DNA of 64,000 bases from Hemiscyllium ocellatum (GCF_020745735.1 NC_083439.1:2790001-2854000); one strand, 5' to 3'. Counted from the first letter of the stretch, positions 51,006 to 64,000 are shown. Notes: generated from the letters alone by a model not told the origin. Numbers and translations: made by a program.

Positions 51006-53428
51006 AAAAATGAGGTCTGCAGATGCTGGAGATCACAGCTGAAAATGTGTTGCTGGTCAAAGCACAGCAGGCCAGGCAGCATCTCAGCAATAGGGAATTC
51101 GTCGTTTCGAGCATAAGCCCTTCATCAGGAATGAGAGAGAGTAGCCAAGCAGGCTAAGATAAAAGGTAGGGAGGAGGGACTTGGGGGAGGGGCGATGGAG
51201 GTGGGATAGGTGGAAGGAGGTCAAGGTGAGGGTGATAGGCCGGAGTGGGGTGGGGGCGGAGAGGTCAGGAAGGAGATTGCAGGTTAGGAGGGCGGTGCTG
51301 AGTTGAGGGAACCGACTGAGACAAGGTGGGGGGAGGGAAATGAGGAAACTGGAGAAATCTGAATTCATACCTTGTGGTTGGAGGGTTCCCAGGCGGAAGA
51401 TGAGGCGCTCCTCCTCCAGCCGTCTTGTTATGTTCTGCCGGTGGAGGAGTCCAAGGACCTGCATGTCCTCGGTGGAGTGGGAGGGAGAGTTAAAGTCTTG
51501 AGCCACGGGGTGGTTGGGTTGGTTGGTCCGGGCGGCCCAGAGGTGTTCTCTGAAGCGTTCCGCAAGTAAGCGGCCTGTCTCCCCAATATAGAGCAGGCCA
51601 CATCGGGTGCAGCGGATGCAATGGATGATGTGTGTGGAGGTGCAGGTGAACTTGTGGCAGATGTGGAAGGATCCCTTGGGACCTTGGAGGGAAGTGAGTG
51701 TGGAGGTGTGGGCGCAGGTTTTACATTTCCTGCGGTTGCAGGGGAAAGTGCCGGGGGTGGAGGTTGGGTTGGTGGGGGGTGTGGATCTGACGAGGGAGTC
51801 ACGAAGGGAGTGGTCCTTGCGGAACGCTGATAGGGGAGGGGAGGGAAATATATCCTTGGTGGTGGGGTCTGTTTGGAGGTGGCGGAAATGACGGCGGATG
51901 ATACGTTGTATGCGGAGGTTGGTGGGGTGGTAGGTGAGAACCAGTGGGGTTCTGTCTTGGTGGCGGTTGGAGGAGCGGGGCTCAAGGGCGGAGGAGCGGG
52001 AAGTGGAGGAGATGCGGTGGAGGGCATCGTCGATCACGTCTGGGGGGAATCTGCGGTCCTTGAAGAAGGAGGCCATCTGGGCTGTGCGGTGTTGGAACCG
52101 GTCCTCCTGGGAGCAGATGCGGCGGAGACGAAGGAATTGGGAATATGGGATGGCGTTTTTACAGGGGGCAGGGTGGGAGGAGGTGTAGTCCAGGTAGCTG
52201 TGGGAGTCAGTCGGTTTATAGTAGATGTCTGTGTTGAGTCGGTCGCCCGAGATAGAGATGGAAAGGTCTAGGAAGGGGAGGGAGGAGTCTGAGACAGTCC
52301 AGGTGAATTTAAGGTTGGGATGGAAAGTGTTAGTAAAGTTGATGAACTGTTCAACTTCCTCGTGGGAGCACGAGGCAGCGCCGATACAGTCATCGATGTA
52401 GCGGAGGAAAAGGTGGGGGGTGGTGCCAGTGTAGTTGCATAAGATGGACTGTTCCACATATCCTACGAAGAGGCAGGCATAGCTGGGGCCCATGCGGGTG
52501 CCCATGGCAACCCCTTTAGTTTGAAGCAAGTGGGAGGATTGAAAAGAGAAGTTATTCAGGGTGAGGACCAGTTCAGTCAGTCGAAGGAGGGTGTCAGTGG
52601 AAGGGTACTGGTTGGTGCGGCGGGAAAGGAAGAAGCGGAGGGCTTTGAGTCCTTCATGATGGGGGATAGAGGTGTACAGGGACTGGATGTCCATCGTGAA
52701 AATAAGGCGTTGGGGACCGGGGAAGTGAAAATCCTGGAGGAGGTGGAGGGCGTGGGTGGTGTCCCGAACGTAGGTGGGGAGTTCTTGGACTAAAGGGGAC
52801 AGGACCGTGTCGAGGTATTGGGAGATGGGTTCGGTGGGGCAGGAGCAGGCTGAGACAATGGGTCGGCCGGGGCAGGCAGGTTTGTGGATTTTGGGCAGGA
52901 GGTAGAAACGGGCGGTGTGGGGTTGTGGGACTATGAGGTTGGAGGCGGTGGATGGGAGATCCCCTGAGGTGATGAGGTCCTGGATGGTCTGGGAGATGAT
53001 GGTTTGGTGGTGGGAGGTGGGAGGTGGGGTCGTGGTCAAGGGGGCGATAAGAGGAGGTGTCCGCGAGCTGGCGTTTGGCCTCAGCGGTATAAAGGTCAGT
53101 GCGCCAAACTACCACCGCGCCTCCCTTGTCTGCGGGTTTGATGGTGAGGTTGGGATTGGAGCGGAGGGAGTGGAGGGCTGCACATTCTGAGGGTGAGAGG
53201 TTGGACTGGGTGAGAGGGGTGGACAGGTTGAGTTGGTTAATGTCACGGCGGCAGTTGGCTATAAAGAGGTCGAGGGCAGGTAGGAGGCCGGCACGGGGTG
53301 TCCAGGTGGATGGGGTGTGTTGGAGGGGGGAGAAGGGGTCGTCAGAGGGTGGGCGGGAGTCTTGGTTGTGAAAGTAGGCACGGAGGCGAAGGCGGCGGAA
53401 GAATTGTTCAATATCTCGGCACGTGTTG
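51006..53428 (-). mobile_element. Young 5'-truncated Penelope-like element (RT + GIY-YIG endonuclease) with 3' pLTR
   Basis: 651-aa ORF: FYLLPKIHK, GRPIVS, GVAMG, RYIDD, FLD, CxxC linker, IIHCIRC..LYIGETGR..R..EH; upstream frame with IKPADKGGAVVV joined by a frameshift near 53020. Confidence 0.93.
51094..51132 (-). ncRNA. Hammerhead motif in the pLTR of the long Penelope-like copy (cleavage triplet mutated to GAC)
   Basis: AUUC-CUGAUGA-A-GGGC-uuau-GCUC-GAAA-CGAC-GAAU. Confidence 0.65.
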
Positions 53429-54294
53429 ATTACAAAATTGAGGGACATGGATAGGATAAATAGATAAAGTCTTTTCCCTGGGGTGGGGGAGTCCAGAACT
53501 AGAGGGCATAGGTTTAGGGTGAGAGGAGAAAGATATGAGAGACCTAAGGGGGAACTTTTTTACATGGAGGGTGTTATGTGTATGGAATGAGCTGCCAGAG
53601 GAAGTGGTAGAGGCTGGTACAATTGCAACATTTAAGAGGCATTTGGATGGGTATATGAATAGGAAGGTTTGGAGGGCTATGTGTCAGGTGCTGGCAGGTG
53701 GGACTAGATTGGGTTGGGATATCTGGTCAGCATGGACGGGTTGGACCGAAGGGTCTGTTTCCATACTGTACATCTCTATGACTCTATTAGTAACTTTTCT
53801 TACTAAGGTGGTGACAGTAAAAACAGAGTATTGCGAGGTCATTGTACCAATGGGTACGTTGGTGATGTTTGCCTTCATTGACAGATCGGTATGATAAGAT
53901 TTAATCAATAATATTTTAAATGTGTAATACTGAATACTCCAGAAATTACAAATGTATAATGCTGGAAACCCCCAGAAAGACTGAAAGTATCACTGGAGCA
54001 AACTGGGTAGACTAAAATTTCAGCTTGGAATTTTCACCAGAATTCATCACTCTGAAATAATTCTTTCTGCAGAGGTAGCTTGACCTATTCGGTGTTCCAA
54101 TTTATGGATGTGTCCAATAGATTACATAATATGATGTCAATCTAGTGTGTTGGTGCAATCTTGCAGTTTTTGTGTCAATTTGTTTTTCATTTCCACCCAT
54201 GCTATTGGCTAGCGACCATTGAGGCAAAGAACCAAAGTGTAAGACTTTGTCACGACACAGCCTTTCCATTGGTAAATCCTCAGTAGTGCCTCTT

Positions 54295-54720
54295 CAAGAG
54301 GTTTGAGCTATAGAGATGGGCTGAATAGGCTGGGGCTGGTTTCCAGCATGTTGGAAGCTGAGGGGTAACCTTATAGAGGTGTATAAAATCATGAGGGACA
54401 TGGAAAGGGTAAATAGACAAAGTCTTTTCCCTGGGGTTGGGAGTCCAGAACTAGAGGACATAGATTTAAGGTGAGGGGGGAAAAATTTAAAAGTGACCCA
54501 AGGGACAACTTTTTTCATGCAGAGGGTGGTACATGTATGGAATGAGCTGTTAGAGAAGTGGAGGAGGCTGGTACAATTACAACATTTAAAAGGCATCTGG
54601 ACGGGTATATGAAATGGAAGGATTTAGGGGGGTATGGGCCATATGCTGGTAATTAGGGCTAGATTAATTTAGGATATCTAGGTTGGCATGGACAAGTTGG
54701 AGCAAAGGGTCTGTTTGCTA
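54295..54720 (+). mobile_element. CR1 3' fragment
   Basis: Similar to the other CR1 3' ends in the window. Confidence 0.8.
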
Positions 54721-55014
54721 AATGTTTCTATTACTCCACAAGGATGCATGGAATATTGTTCCAGCACTGTTCCAGTCTAATGCTTCAGAGGAGTTCTTGA
54801 GCAGGTTTAAATTCCCAACTTTGGGCATGTAACTCCCTTGTGAATACCTCGCAAGAATGAAAGACTAACCAATTAGATCCTGAAGAAAGTTTGAAGTGGG
54901 GCCCAAAGGCAGACTGATACGTAAAATATTCTTTTTCTGAAAACTTCTCTACCAAAAGCAGTGCTAGTGGTAATGACTTGAATTCATATGGAATGAGGGA
55001 AACAATATTTTTAA

Positions 55015-55203
55015 AGATTTGGAGGTGCCGGTGTTGGATTGGGCTGTACAAAATTAAAAATCACACAACACCTGGGTATAATCCAACAGGTTTATTTGGA
55101 AGCGTTAGCTTTCAGAGCCTGATGAAAGAACAGTGCTCCAAAAGCTGTTGTTTCCAAATAAACCTGTTGGGCTATAAGCTGGTATTGTGTGATTTTTAAC
55201 TTT
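55015..55203. mobile_element. Palindromic pLTR-type insertion, third family
   Basis: Arms TTAAAAATCACACAA...TTGTGTGATTTTTAA; central CTGATGA; TSD ATATTTTTAA (55005-55014, 55204-55213). Confidence 0.75.
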
Positions 55204-56570
55204 ATATTTTTAATGTTTGTATTTCTTGAGGCATACCATAACTGGAAAGGAATTATCCCTTGCAGCTGTTTTGCTTTCTTAGAAACTGGGATTTGGAAAC
55301 CTAAACTTCTGGGTAGCGTGAACCTGACTGAAAGATATAAATGGACACTGACCAATTCAGGCTGCAGAGTACTAGAAGTTGATGAGTTCACTATGCAACA
55401 CAAGCAAGTTGGCTAAATGCAGAAGCGGAGACTACGCAAAGAATTAGTTCTTGGAGTTGTTTCTAGTACTTGAAGACAGTCTGGAACATGTAGAACCAAT
55501 GTAGAGTTGAGCACATTCTGCAAGTGTTGTTTTCAGTGAAAACTGTGCATTTGGTCCTCGAGCTGGCTGTCTCTTGTTGACTGGGCATCAGATTACGTCT
55601 TGAGGAGAAAGGTGCTAAACTTCTTGGGAAATTTGAATTTTAATGGACCTTGTGACCATTCATGCTGTTTGCTGTGAGGATTGTCTAATCAATTTGCAAG
55701 ATATGGCTTGGTTGTATCTGTCAGCTAAGGTATAAATTATAGTTCGTATTCAGCCACAATTCCTGTTAATTGTTTTGGCTGGAGTTGATTCTGGATGTGA
55801 GTGAAAGATGTTATTATTTAAGATATTAAAAAAACAGAATGGTGGAGAAACTCAGCAAGTCTGGAAGCATATGTGAAGAGAGATGGAAGGAGTTACTGTT
55901 TCAAGTCTGGCACGACTCTTCAGCATTGTAAGCAAACCACCCCCCTTCCCGGCCCAGTATCTCCCTCTGCAACAAATGTGGCAGAAACTGCCATGCTAAA
56001 GGAGGGCTCCTGAGTCACACCAGATTATGTTTAAGCTGAGACAGAAGACTGCTACATTTTAAAATATTGAATAGTATCTGATCTTTCTTGATTTATCAGT
56101 ATTGTTATGTTTTGGTTCAGAATTTTTTTTTCTTGTACTGTCTTATGATGAAAGAGGCATGATATTTAAAAAGTGCCACATCATCTCTAGGTGTGCCAAA
56201 TACTTTCATAAAACGATAATTATGTTAAAGTATAACTACTGATCAAAATCATGATAACCAATCTATAAACATCAAAATTGGCATTGTTCGAGTTTACTGG
56301 GAGTGGCGAGAAGAATACTGATGAGGAAGCATTCTATTATTTCACAAACTTTCTTGTTTCAGTCAATCTGACAGTTTCGTAATAAGAGGAGAAAGTGAGG
56401 AGTGCAGATGGAGGAGATTAGAGTGAAAAAGTGTAGTGCTGGAAAAGCACAGCAGGTCGGGAAGCATCAAGGAGCAATGATGAAGTATTAAAGTACCTAT
56501 TCGAGATGGCTCGGAATCCCAAATGACCTGACCTGTAGGCCTTTCTTAATTCGTATCAGAGATTGTACTC

Positions 56571-57165
56571 TGTAGTAGTCTGGAATATAAAACTCTTACA
56601 GACTGTTTAGTTTAAATAATTACCTTTATTTAACAATGGCATCCATGTTAGCCAGGCTTCAGCTAAGCTTCTAAAATCATTAGCAGAGTAACAGCGCCAG
56701 CTCTTACCCCAAAGAGCTCTCTCAGGCTACTCCTCTTATTGCTGCAAGCAAGCTGTTGTATGTATACAATACTTGGTACTGAGATGACAAAAACACCACG
56801 TGTCCTTGATCACATAGGCAGCAAAAGAAAGGCAAAAGTTTATAGAGCAAGCTTAACTCATTGACAGGTCTGAGTACACTTGACTAATTAAGCTACGTGC
56901 ATATCAAAGTGGGAAACCCTGGTCAAATCAGGACAAATGCTTTAGCTAGATAAGTTCCCTGTTAAGAGCACAGCATGACGAGAGCCTCGTCTAACCTATG
57001 TGGAAAAGCTGATGAGGTAATCACGCTCAGCTAACATGCCCAGTACCATTGTCCTAAAAATGGCTTTTTTTTAAAAAAATCATCTCGATTCTCAAAATGC
57101 AAATCAAATTCATAACATTCCCAGATCTCTAGCTCCAGGGAGCAACACACAAACATTCAATACAT
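56571..57165 (-). mobile_element. Possible solo LTR
   Basis: TG...CA ends with TATAAA (~56840) followed by AATAAA (~56625) on the - strand; no TSD found. Confidence 0.3.
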
Positions 57166-57227
57166 GACAAGCAAGTGTACACTCAAATCAGGCCACAAAA
57201 AGTTAACCTTTCCATCAGCTTCTGTCC

Positions 57228-57360
57228 TGTCTCTCTCTCTTTTTACTTTCTCTCTCTTTTTACTCTCTCTTTTTTCTCTCTTTTTTCTCTCTTTTTTTCT
57301 CTCTCTTGCTCACTCTTTCACTTGCTCATTCTTTCTCGCTGTCGCTCTCGCTCTCCCCTA
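57228..57360. repeat. Polypyrimidine (CT/T) simple repeat
   Basis: Directly visible. Confidence 0.85.
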
Positions 57361-57697
57361 TCTCAGTTTCAGCCTTTGTGTTTTCCTAGCCTGTAAGGGT
57401 AATGAGATATACTCATTCCAGAACAGTCAAGATGAGGGAGCATGAAAATGTATCAGGATTGTTCTGTTACGTGCATATTCCACTCAGCTTATTAAATTAT
57501 AAGTTCTTTTCCTATTGAGTATGATTTTTGTTAAGAGCCTTCAACATAAAACAGAAATTCAGTTATCCATCATCCAATTGTGCAGCTTCCAGCTCTCTGG
57601 AATATACTGCTGCATATTCCACAAGTGAATCACCTAATTTACACCGATCCATTGACACTAAGAACAGACATCCTTAATTATTCTGAACAAATGCTTC

Positions 57698-57792
57698 GCC
57701 CCCCCCCACCCCCCCCCCCCCCCCCCCCCCCCATATGGTCAAGCGATTTCCTGCATATCTTGTTTAGTTCTTATGTGTGTGTGTGTGTGTGT
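57698..57792. repeat. Poly-C run and (GT)n microsatellite
   Basis: Directly visible. Confidence 0.85.
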
Positions 57793-57929
57793 AGCAGAAG
57801 TATCACTAAGGCAAACTTTCTCAGAAGGGCTAATGCCGAAAACATTGATTTTCTTGCTCCTTGGATGCTGCCTGACATGGTGTGCCAGACTTTTTGACTT
57901 GGGTTTCATAATGAAACGATCTGAAAATA

Positions 57930-58220
57930 TAAGTGGTGCAGTGGCTCAGCACTAGGGACCTGGATTCGATTCCAGTCTTAAGTGAACTGTATGTGTGGAG
58001 TTTGCATTTGGGTGTGTGGGTGTCTATGTGGGTTTCCTCCCACAGTTCAAAGATGTGTAGGTAAGGTGGATTAGCCATGCTAAATTGCCCATAGTGTCCA
58101 CAATTGATGCAGACTAGATGGGTTAGCCACGGGAAATGCTGGGGCAGGGGGCTGCAATTTGGAGAGTCATTGCAGACCTCATGGGTGCCGTGGTCTCTAT
58201 CTGCACTATAGGGAGTCTGT
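57930..58220 (+). mobile_element. V-SINE (HE1-like), diverged
   Basis: B box and V-domain. Confidence 0.75.
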
Positions 58221-59504
58221 CTGTTTCTCCAGTGCCCAACTAGATTGTAGAAACATAAGAACTGGAGTAGGCCATTCTGCCCACTTGAGTTTGCTCTACC
58301 ATTTAATATGATTTAAACCAATCAAATGCTTCAATACCTTTCACTCTCACTATCCTGGTAACCCTTTATGTCATTGGTTATTAGAAATCAGTCAACTTCT
58401 AATTAAAAGATACTCAAAGACTGAGCTTCCAAAGGCTTTTGGGTAGAGAATGCAAAGATTCACAATCCTGACTTTGTTAAAAAATAAAACCCTCCTCATT
58501 CTCAGTCCTAAATGGTGCTCCCTGGTTCTAGACTGCCCAACAAAGGGAGGATTTTACCTGCACCTACCTTGCCCATCCCTTTTAAGTATTTTGAAAGTTT
58601 CTATGAGGTCATCTCTCATTCTTCAAAACTTGTCTGTTATGAAATACTATAAATTAGGTGTAACTCTCTGACTTTTGAGTCAAACTGTACATAATAAGCT
58701 TCAGCAAACAGCGATATGAAAATCGGGTAGTCACTTTTTGTGAATAAGATCGTGGGATAAATATCAGCCAGCACACTAAGCAGAGCTCCTCTTCAAAATA
58801 GTGCCATTACTGTATTATAGGCTCAGATATTTGTAACAATATTTGAAACCATAACTGAGGTGAAAGAGCAATAACTGAAGGAATAGTCCCAAGTTTTCAT
58901 GCAGTTGATTGGGGGATCAGTTGAAATGTGCTCGTAGCAGGAGCAAGAAAGGTTTCCTTTTTTGGTGGTTTATTTGCACGTATAAAGGATCCCTCTGCTG
59001 TCCAGGATGTGTCCCAGTGTCCCACTGCACCTTTCAACCACTGAATGTGGCCAATTGCTTTGTAAAAGTAAATTTGTCACAGTCTTACCAGACCATAGGG
59101 TTGCTCCATCATTAGAGAAAAGTAACTGATGATGGCTTAACCTGAGGGCCATCACACTTGTGGTAACCTCATCTGGTGTGGGGAATTGGTATCTCTCTGC
59201 ATTACAAAGCTGTCCAGCCAACAGTGCTAACAAATCTCCCTTAGCTCTAACTCTTGAAGAACATCATGGTCATCCAATGGGGTCTATGGCATATTGTACT
59301 AATTGCATGGAGGTCTCTGTCTGCTTATGGTAATAATATATGTTTGAAATGTATCTTTTTCTCATAACTTGCTGTTAAACCAAGGCTATAAACTTCAGCA
59401 ATGTACCATTAATGTTTAAATTCCTAGTGGAAATCTGTTTATTTTATCTATTCCAGTTTGAATGGTTTAAAAGTTTTTCTTTCTGTCCTTTAAAGCATTA
59501 TTGT

Positions 59505-59800
59505 TAAGATTCCCTACAGTGTGGAAACAGCCTATCAGCCCAATAAGTCCACACCAACCCTCCGAAGAGTAACCCACCCAGACCCATTTGCCTCTGACTA
59601 ATGCACATTACACAGTGGGCAGTTTTGCATGGCCAATTTACCTAACCTGCATATCTTTGGACTGTGGGAGGAAACCAGATCACCCAGTGGAAACCCATGC
59701 TGACATGGGAGAATGTGCAAATTCCATACAGTCACCTGAGGCTGGAATCGAACCTGCGTTCCTGGCATTGAGGCAGCAGTGCTAGCCACTGTGCTGCCCC
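59505..59800 (-). mobile_element. V-SINE (HE1-like)
   Basis: Full-length reverse copy with A/B boxes. Confidence 0.85.
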
Positions 59801-60694
59801 CAATTGTCTTTAAATTCACAAAGCTGTTCATGTTTCAACCTTATAATGGCTCTTATTTTGATTTAATTAAAATGAAAAATTTCCTGGGGATTTAATTTAT
59901 CTTCTGTCACAGTCTATTAATTCATGCCCTGATTTTGAGGATGACATCCTTTTGCATCAATTGACTTCAGCTTTTACACTCTAAATATTTTGTGAGGCTT
60001 GTAGATAATTATGAATTATTAAATATTAAATATTAACATCTTGTGTTCCGTCGTTTCTTTTCTGACTGAATCAGTTTGACTCTAAAACTAGTTGAGCTAC
60101 TTTGCTGTTGCTTTCAGACAAAATGATGAAATATCTGTCTCTTGTTCAGGCTAAGCCTTTAAAATTTCGCAATCTAGTTATTGTGTCGTTTATTCTGGTT
60201 CTGCCCTTTCCAGTTTGTTGTTGGGTGAAGTGTAGAATGGCAATAAAATACACTCCCTTCTCCTCCTCTTCATCCCCTCCCATCCTCTTCCCCTACTCAA
60301 GGTGTTTCCACCTCTCTTTTCTGTTTGGTTCTTTTATATTTTGATTTCCCTGCTGCAACAGTCTCATTAAGTAAGTTGCCTACTCTATTTCTATGGTTAG
60401 CCTTCTCCAATCTCAGTAAGCAGCAGAAATACCAGGTAATACACACTACAAACAGTAGCATTGGTTTATGCTAACAGGATTAAACCTGGAGGCCTGGACT
60501 GATCATCTGGAGATGCACATTCAAATCTCATCATTGTAGCTGGCAGACTTAAATTATTAATTGAACCAGATTAAAATGAACAGGTAGTTTCAGTATCAGT
60601 GACCATGTAGCTACTGGGTTGTTGTAAAAGTCCCCTTGGTTCATTGATGTCTTTGAGCAAGAAAGTACCATGTTTACCTGAACTGCCTTTTTTT

Positions 60695-60987
60695 TAGATT
60701 AGATTAGATTACTTAGAGTGTGGAAACAGGCCCTTTGGCCCAACAAGTCCACACCGACCCGCCGAAGCGCAACCCACCCATACCCCAACCTAACACTACC
60801 TGCAATTTAGCATGGCCAATTCACCTGGCCTGCACATCTTTGAACCGTGGGAGGAAACCGGAGCACCCGGAGGAAACCCACACGGACACGGGGAGAATGT
60901 GCAAACTCCACACAGTCAGTCGCCGGAGGCGGGAATCGAACCTGGGTCTCTGGTGCTGTGAGGCAGCAGTGCTAACTGCTGTGCCAT
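60695..60987 (-). mobile_element. V-SINE (HE1-like), young and CpG-rich
   Basis: A/B boxes, V-domain, (AATCT)n tail. Confidence 0.88.
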
Positions 60988-61473
60988 CTGTGGACTTCAG
61001 GTTCAATGCACTGTGGATGACTCTTTATTGTTCTCTCAGCTATTTGCAAAATAGTATTTTGTGTTCTGCTCTCTGTGCTCTCCCTGTGCCCTTGTATCCT
61101 TGCTGTGCCTTTGCTTTCTTGTTTTACTTGCCTGAGAACCTTCTATCACACACCATCTCTGAAAAATCTGCAGTGCAACAGGTGACTTTACGATCTCTAA
61201 ACCCTGCTTTTAAAATGGGTGCAAGTATGGGGAGTGGCGTGTATGAACCTGAAGAAGGGACATGAGACTCAAAATGTTAATTCTGTTTTCACTCCATGGA
61301 TACAGCCAGACCTGCTGAGTTTCTACAGATATTCCTATATCTGCAGAATCCACAGTTCTTTGTTATATTTATATATGCATTGACGCCTCGATAGATGTTC
61401 TAATCTCTTCATTAGCTAATTTAGCATGAGATAGCTTAGTTGTGAGTGACCTGTTGTTTTAATGATCCTACAG

Positions 61474-61614
61474 GAATTGGACTAGTTTTTTTAAGACACT
61501 GGTTTTCTGGTGGGGTTTGTAAGAGTAAAGCTCGACTGGATGGAAAAACAGTGATCATTACTGGCGCTAATGTTGGGATTGGAAAGGAGACTGCCAAAGA
61601 CCTTGCTAAGAGAG
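61474..61614 (+). CDS. RDH11/12/13-like SDR, coding exon 2
   Basis: [47 protein letters not shown](G): TGxxxGIG Rossmann motif and the GGVC segment typical of the RDH11-13 group. Confidence 0.95.
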
Positions 61615-62091
61615 GTAACCCTGCTCTTTAATGTAATGTTTTATTTTGTGTGGTTACTTCTTTTATGTCAATCTGTATGACAATTAATATTTGATTATCT
61701 GAAATTGAAAGTGCATTTCTGGTTTGCAATGAACCAATCCTAATTCTGCTGTGAAGCCTGTTGCTACATCTTGACAACAGTAAAGGAAAACTGCAGCTTG
61801 TTTTGATCTTGAGCAGTCCTGTAGTGCTTTACAACCGAGAGAATGGTTGTCAGCACTATTGCAATGCAGGAGTTCATGTTGGAATGTACTGAATTTTGAT
61901 TTATGGTTGCCATTTCTGAGACAGTGTCGTGTATTAAATATTTAAAGATAAAAGTGTATAGAATTAGCAGAAGGAGAGAGAAATTAACCTCGTAGCTCCA
62001 TCACAGAACCAATTGGGGCTCATACTCCATTTTGCTGTACATTGTCTCATTTAATGATGAGAATCGTGATAGCCTCACTTTCTGATTGTAG

Positions 62092-62283
62092 GGGCTCGTG
62101 TGATATTAGCTTGCCGTGATTTGGAAAAAGCCGGACAGGCAGCTAAAGAGATCAGAAAAGAAAGTGGGAATGGAAATGTCGTAGTGCAGAAACTGGATTT
62201 GGCATCACTTCAGTCCGTGCGTTCCTTTGCAAACAAAATTACAGAAACGGAAACACGCCTGGACATTCTCATTAATAATGCAG
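62092..62283 (+). CDS. RDH11/12/13-like SDR, coding exon 3 (gene continues beyond window)
   Basis: GARVILACRDLEKA...KLDLASLQSVRSFA...RLDILINNA(G); ACR (NADP-preferring) and NNAG motifs; 192 nt. Confidence 0.95.
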
Positions 62284-62656
62284 GTAAGAGCAGTTTAAGA
62301 TGCTGGAAAAAGAAGAAAAATAATCTGATTCATACCAAATCTTATTATCTTCTCGGCTTTTAAAATGATCTTCAGCCAATTAATTACTTTTGAAGCATAC
62401 TTTTTGATTGGCAAGTGTAAATTTAATAATTAGATAATTCATATTAATTCATTGTGGGTGCAATTTAGTTCAGATACTTCAAATTTGATATAGATGTACC
62501 CATTGTGCAAGTCTAGGCGCTGTGTTAATGAATAAAATTGAATTCTCATTGGTTAGTAATGCAGTAATAGTTAATTTGGTTAGATTTTAGTGTGTATACA
62601 TTGCCTTAAGCATGAGTCTGTGGAGTGTTTTAGAGTGTACACTTTCCCATTCAAAA

Positions 62657-62975
62657 TGGGACGGCATGGTGGCTCGGTGTTAGCATTGCTGCCTCACAGC
62701 GCCAGGACCCGGGTTCGATTCCAGCTCGGGCGACTGTGTGGAGTTTGCGCATTCTCCCCGTGTCTGCATGGGTTTCCTCCGAGTACTCTGGTTTCCTCCC
62801 GCAGTCCAAAAGGTGTGCAGGTTAGGTGAATTGGTCGTGCCAAATTGCCCATAGTGTTAGGTGCATCATTTAGAGGGAAATGGATCTGGATGGGTTACTC
62901 TTCGGAGGGTCGGTCAGTGTGGGCTTGTTGGGCTGAAGAGCCTGTTTCCACGCTGTAGAGAATCTAATATAATAT
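62657..62975 (+). mobile_element. V-SINE (HE1-like)
   Basis: A/B boxes, V-domain, tail. Confidence 0.85.
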
Positions 62976-64000
62976 CAGATTCTTATGAGCATTTGAATTA
63001 AGAGCAGGAGTAGGCTATTCAGCTCTTCTTGCCTGCTCTACCACTTACTAAGATCGTGGTCAATCAGATTATGGCCTCAAATCCATGTTCCTTATCTATC
63101 CACAATGCCTTTTCGAAGGATAGTCAAATTAAAGATTACACTCATCTAACAGCTTAGGGATATTTAAGTAATTTTAAAAAATACAAGACTTTGCACTTCT
63201 CAAGAACAGAGGGCAACCTTGAAGCCAGATATCCAGAACCCAGCTTGTAGACAGTGAATCTTTACTCCCTTGAGGCAAGATATCTGAAGTTTTCATGCTG
63301 ATAGGAGCCCAACCTTTGGATAGGGCTCTCTGCCCTGGAAGTTAGGCTGTCTTAGATTTATTTATGTTCCAGCCCTGAAATAAGAATATACCCTGATATC
63401 TTACTGATAAAAGAAATACTCAACATTAAGGTTCCTGGGACTACTATTCAGTTCTCACCCTAACTAACCATTCTTGTTGAAATTCTCATTGGTTAGTAAT
63501 ACAGTAATAGTTAATTTGGTTAGGTTTTAGTGTGTATACATTGCCTTAAACATGAGACTGTGGAGTGTTTTAGAGTGTACACTTTGTCTTCAAAATGACT
63601 AGGCCTCCACTCTCTAGTGTCAAGACCACATCTTTATATTTTCTTTATTTTTGGGCTGTGGAAAATACTGGTGTGTATCAAAAACACTGTGGAATGAAAA
63701 TCGCTGCAATTTTAAAAGTTATGCTTAACAGAGTTGTTTGCAGCATGTCAAGCAAATGGAGGTAAAAGTGCACAAGAAGCAATGGGCAGAATCCTCTAGG
63801 TACCAGTACAACATGGACTATGAAGAGAAGTCAGTGAGATCTATCTCGAAATCAGGAGCAATTTGCTGTATCTTTTAATTAAGTTGCAGCATATTGAGAT
63901 GGGATTCCCATGAGGGAGTAGCAATTTCCCTGTTAAAGGGAATTATTGCTTGTTAAAAACCTACTAATATGTTGCTTTCAGCCCCACCATCCGTCACAAG

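Larger units (their letters stand above)
50503..53790 (+). mobile_element. CR1 3' fragment split by a Penelope-like insertion (50503-51005 and ~53428-53790)
   Basis: CR1 sequence CATAGAGGATT... resumes as ...TACAAAATTGAGGGACATGG after the insert. Confidence 0.85.

Noticed and set aside
51372-53371. Several + strand ORFs of 65-132 aa
   Set aside because: Antisense shadows of the GC-rich Penelope-like ORF
56145-56245. Box C (ATGATGA) ... box D (CTGA) snoRNA-like spacing
   Set aside because: No terminal stem or recognisable rRNA guide, and it appears to overlap a decayed SINE
56318-57020. Isolated CTGATGA heptamers (~56318, ~57010; also ~48981)
   Set aside because: No stem II hairpin or GAAA downstream, so not hammerheads

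Overview
Repeat-dense vertebrate genomic DNA, most likely a cartilaginous fish (shark), inferred from HE1/V-SINE-type SINEs, CR1 LINEs and Penelope-like elements. Three spliced protein-coding genes can be rebuilt with GT-AG sites and matching phases. (1) LCTL (lactase-like/gamma-Klotho, GH1 family) on the - strand: 9 coding exons from the ATG at 12344, running off the left edge. (2) SNAPC5 on the - strand: complete 104-aa CDS in 3 exons (39023-31474), plus a probable non-coding first exon near 44.1 kb. (3) An RDH11/12/13-like short-chain dehydrogenase on the + strand: ATG at 44776, first 3 exons, running off the right edge. SNAPC5 and the RDH-like gene share a ~0.7-kb CpG-island bidirectional promoter, most of which is a 20-bp minisatellite whose unit is a GC box plus a CCAAT core; a 2.3-kb G-quadruplex-prone VNTR follows in intron 1. 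The rest is nested CR1 LINEs (one near full length), SINEs and three sequence families of Penelope-like elements. Their terminal repeats carry minimal hammerhead ribozyme motifs (CUGAnGA-stem II-GAAA-palindrome) and often occur as short palindromic insertions with 10-19 bp target-site duplications. All coordinates were read by eye and no database search was run.
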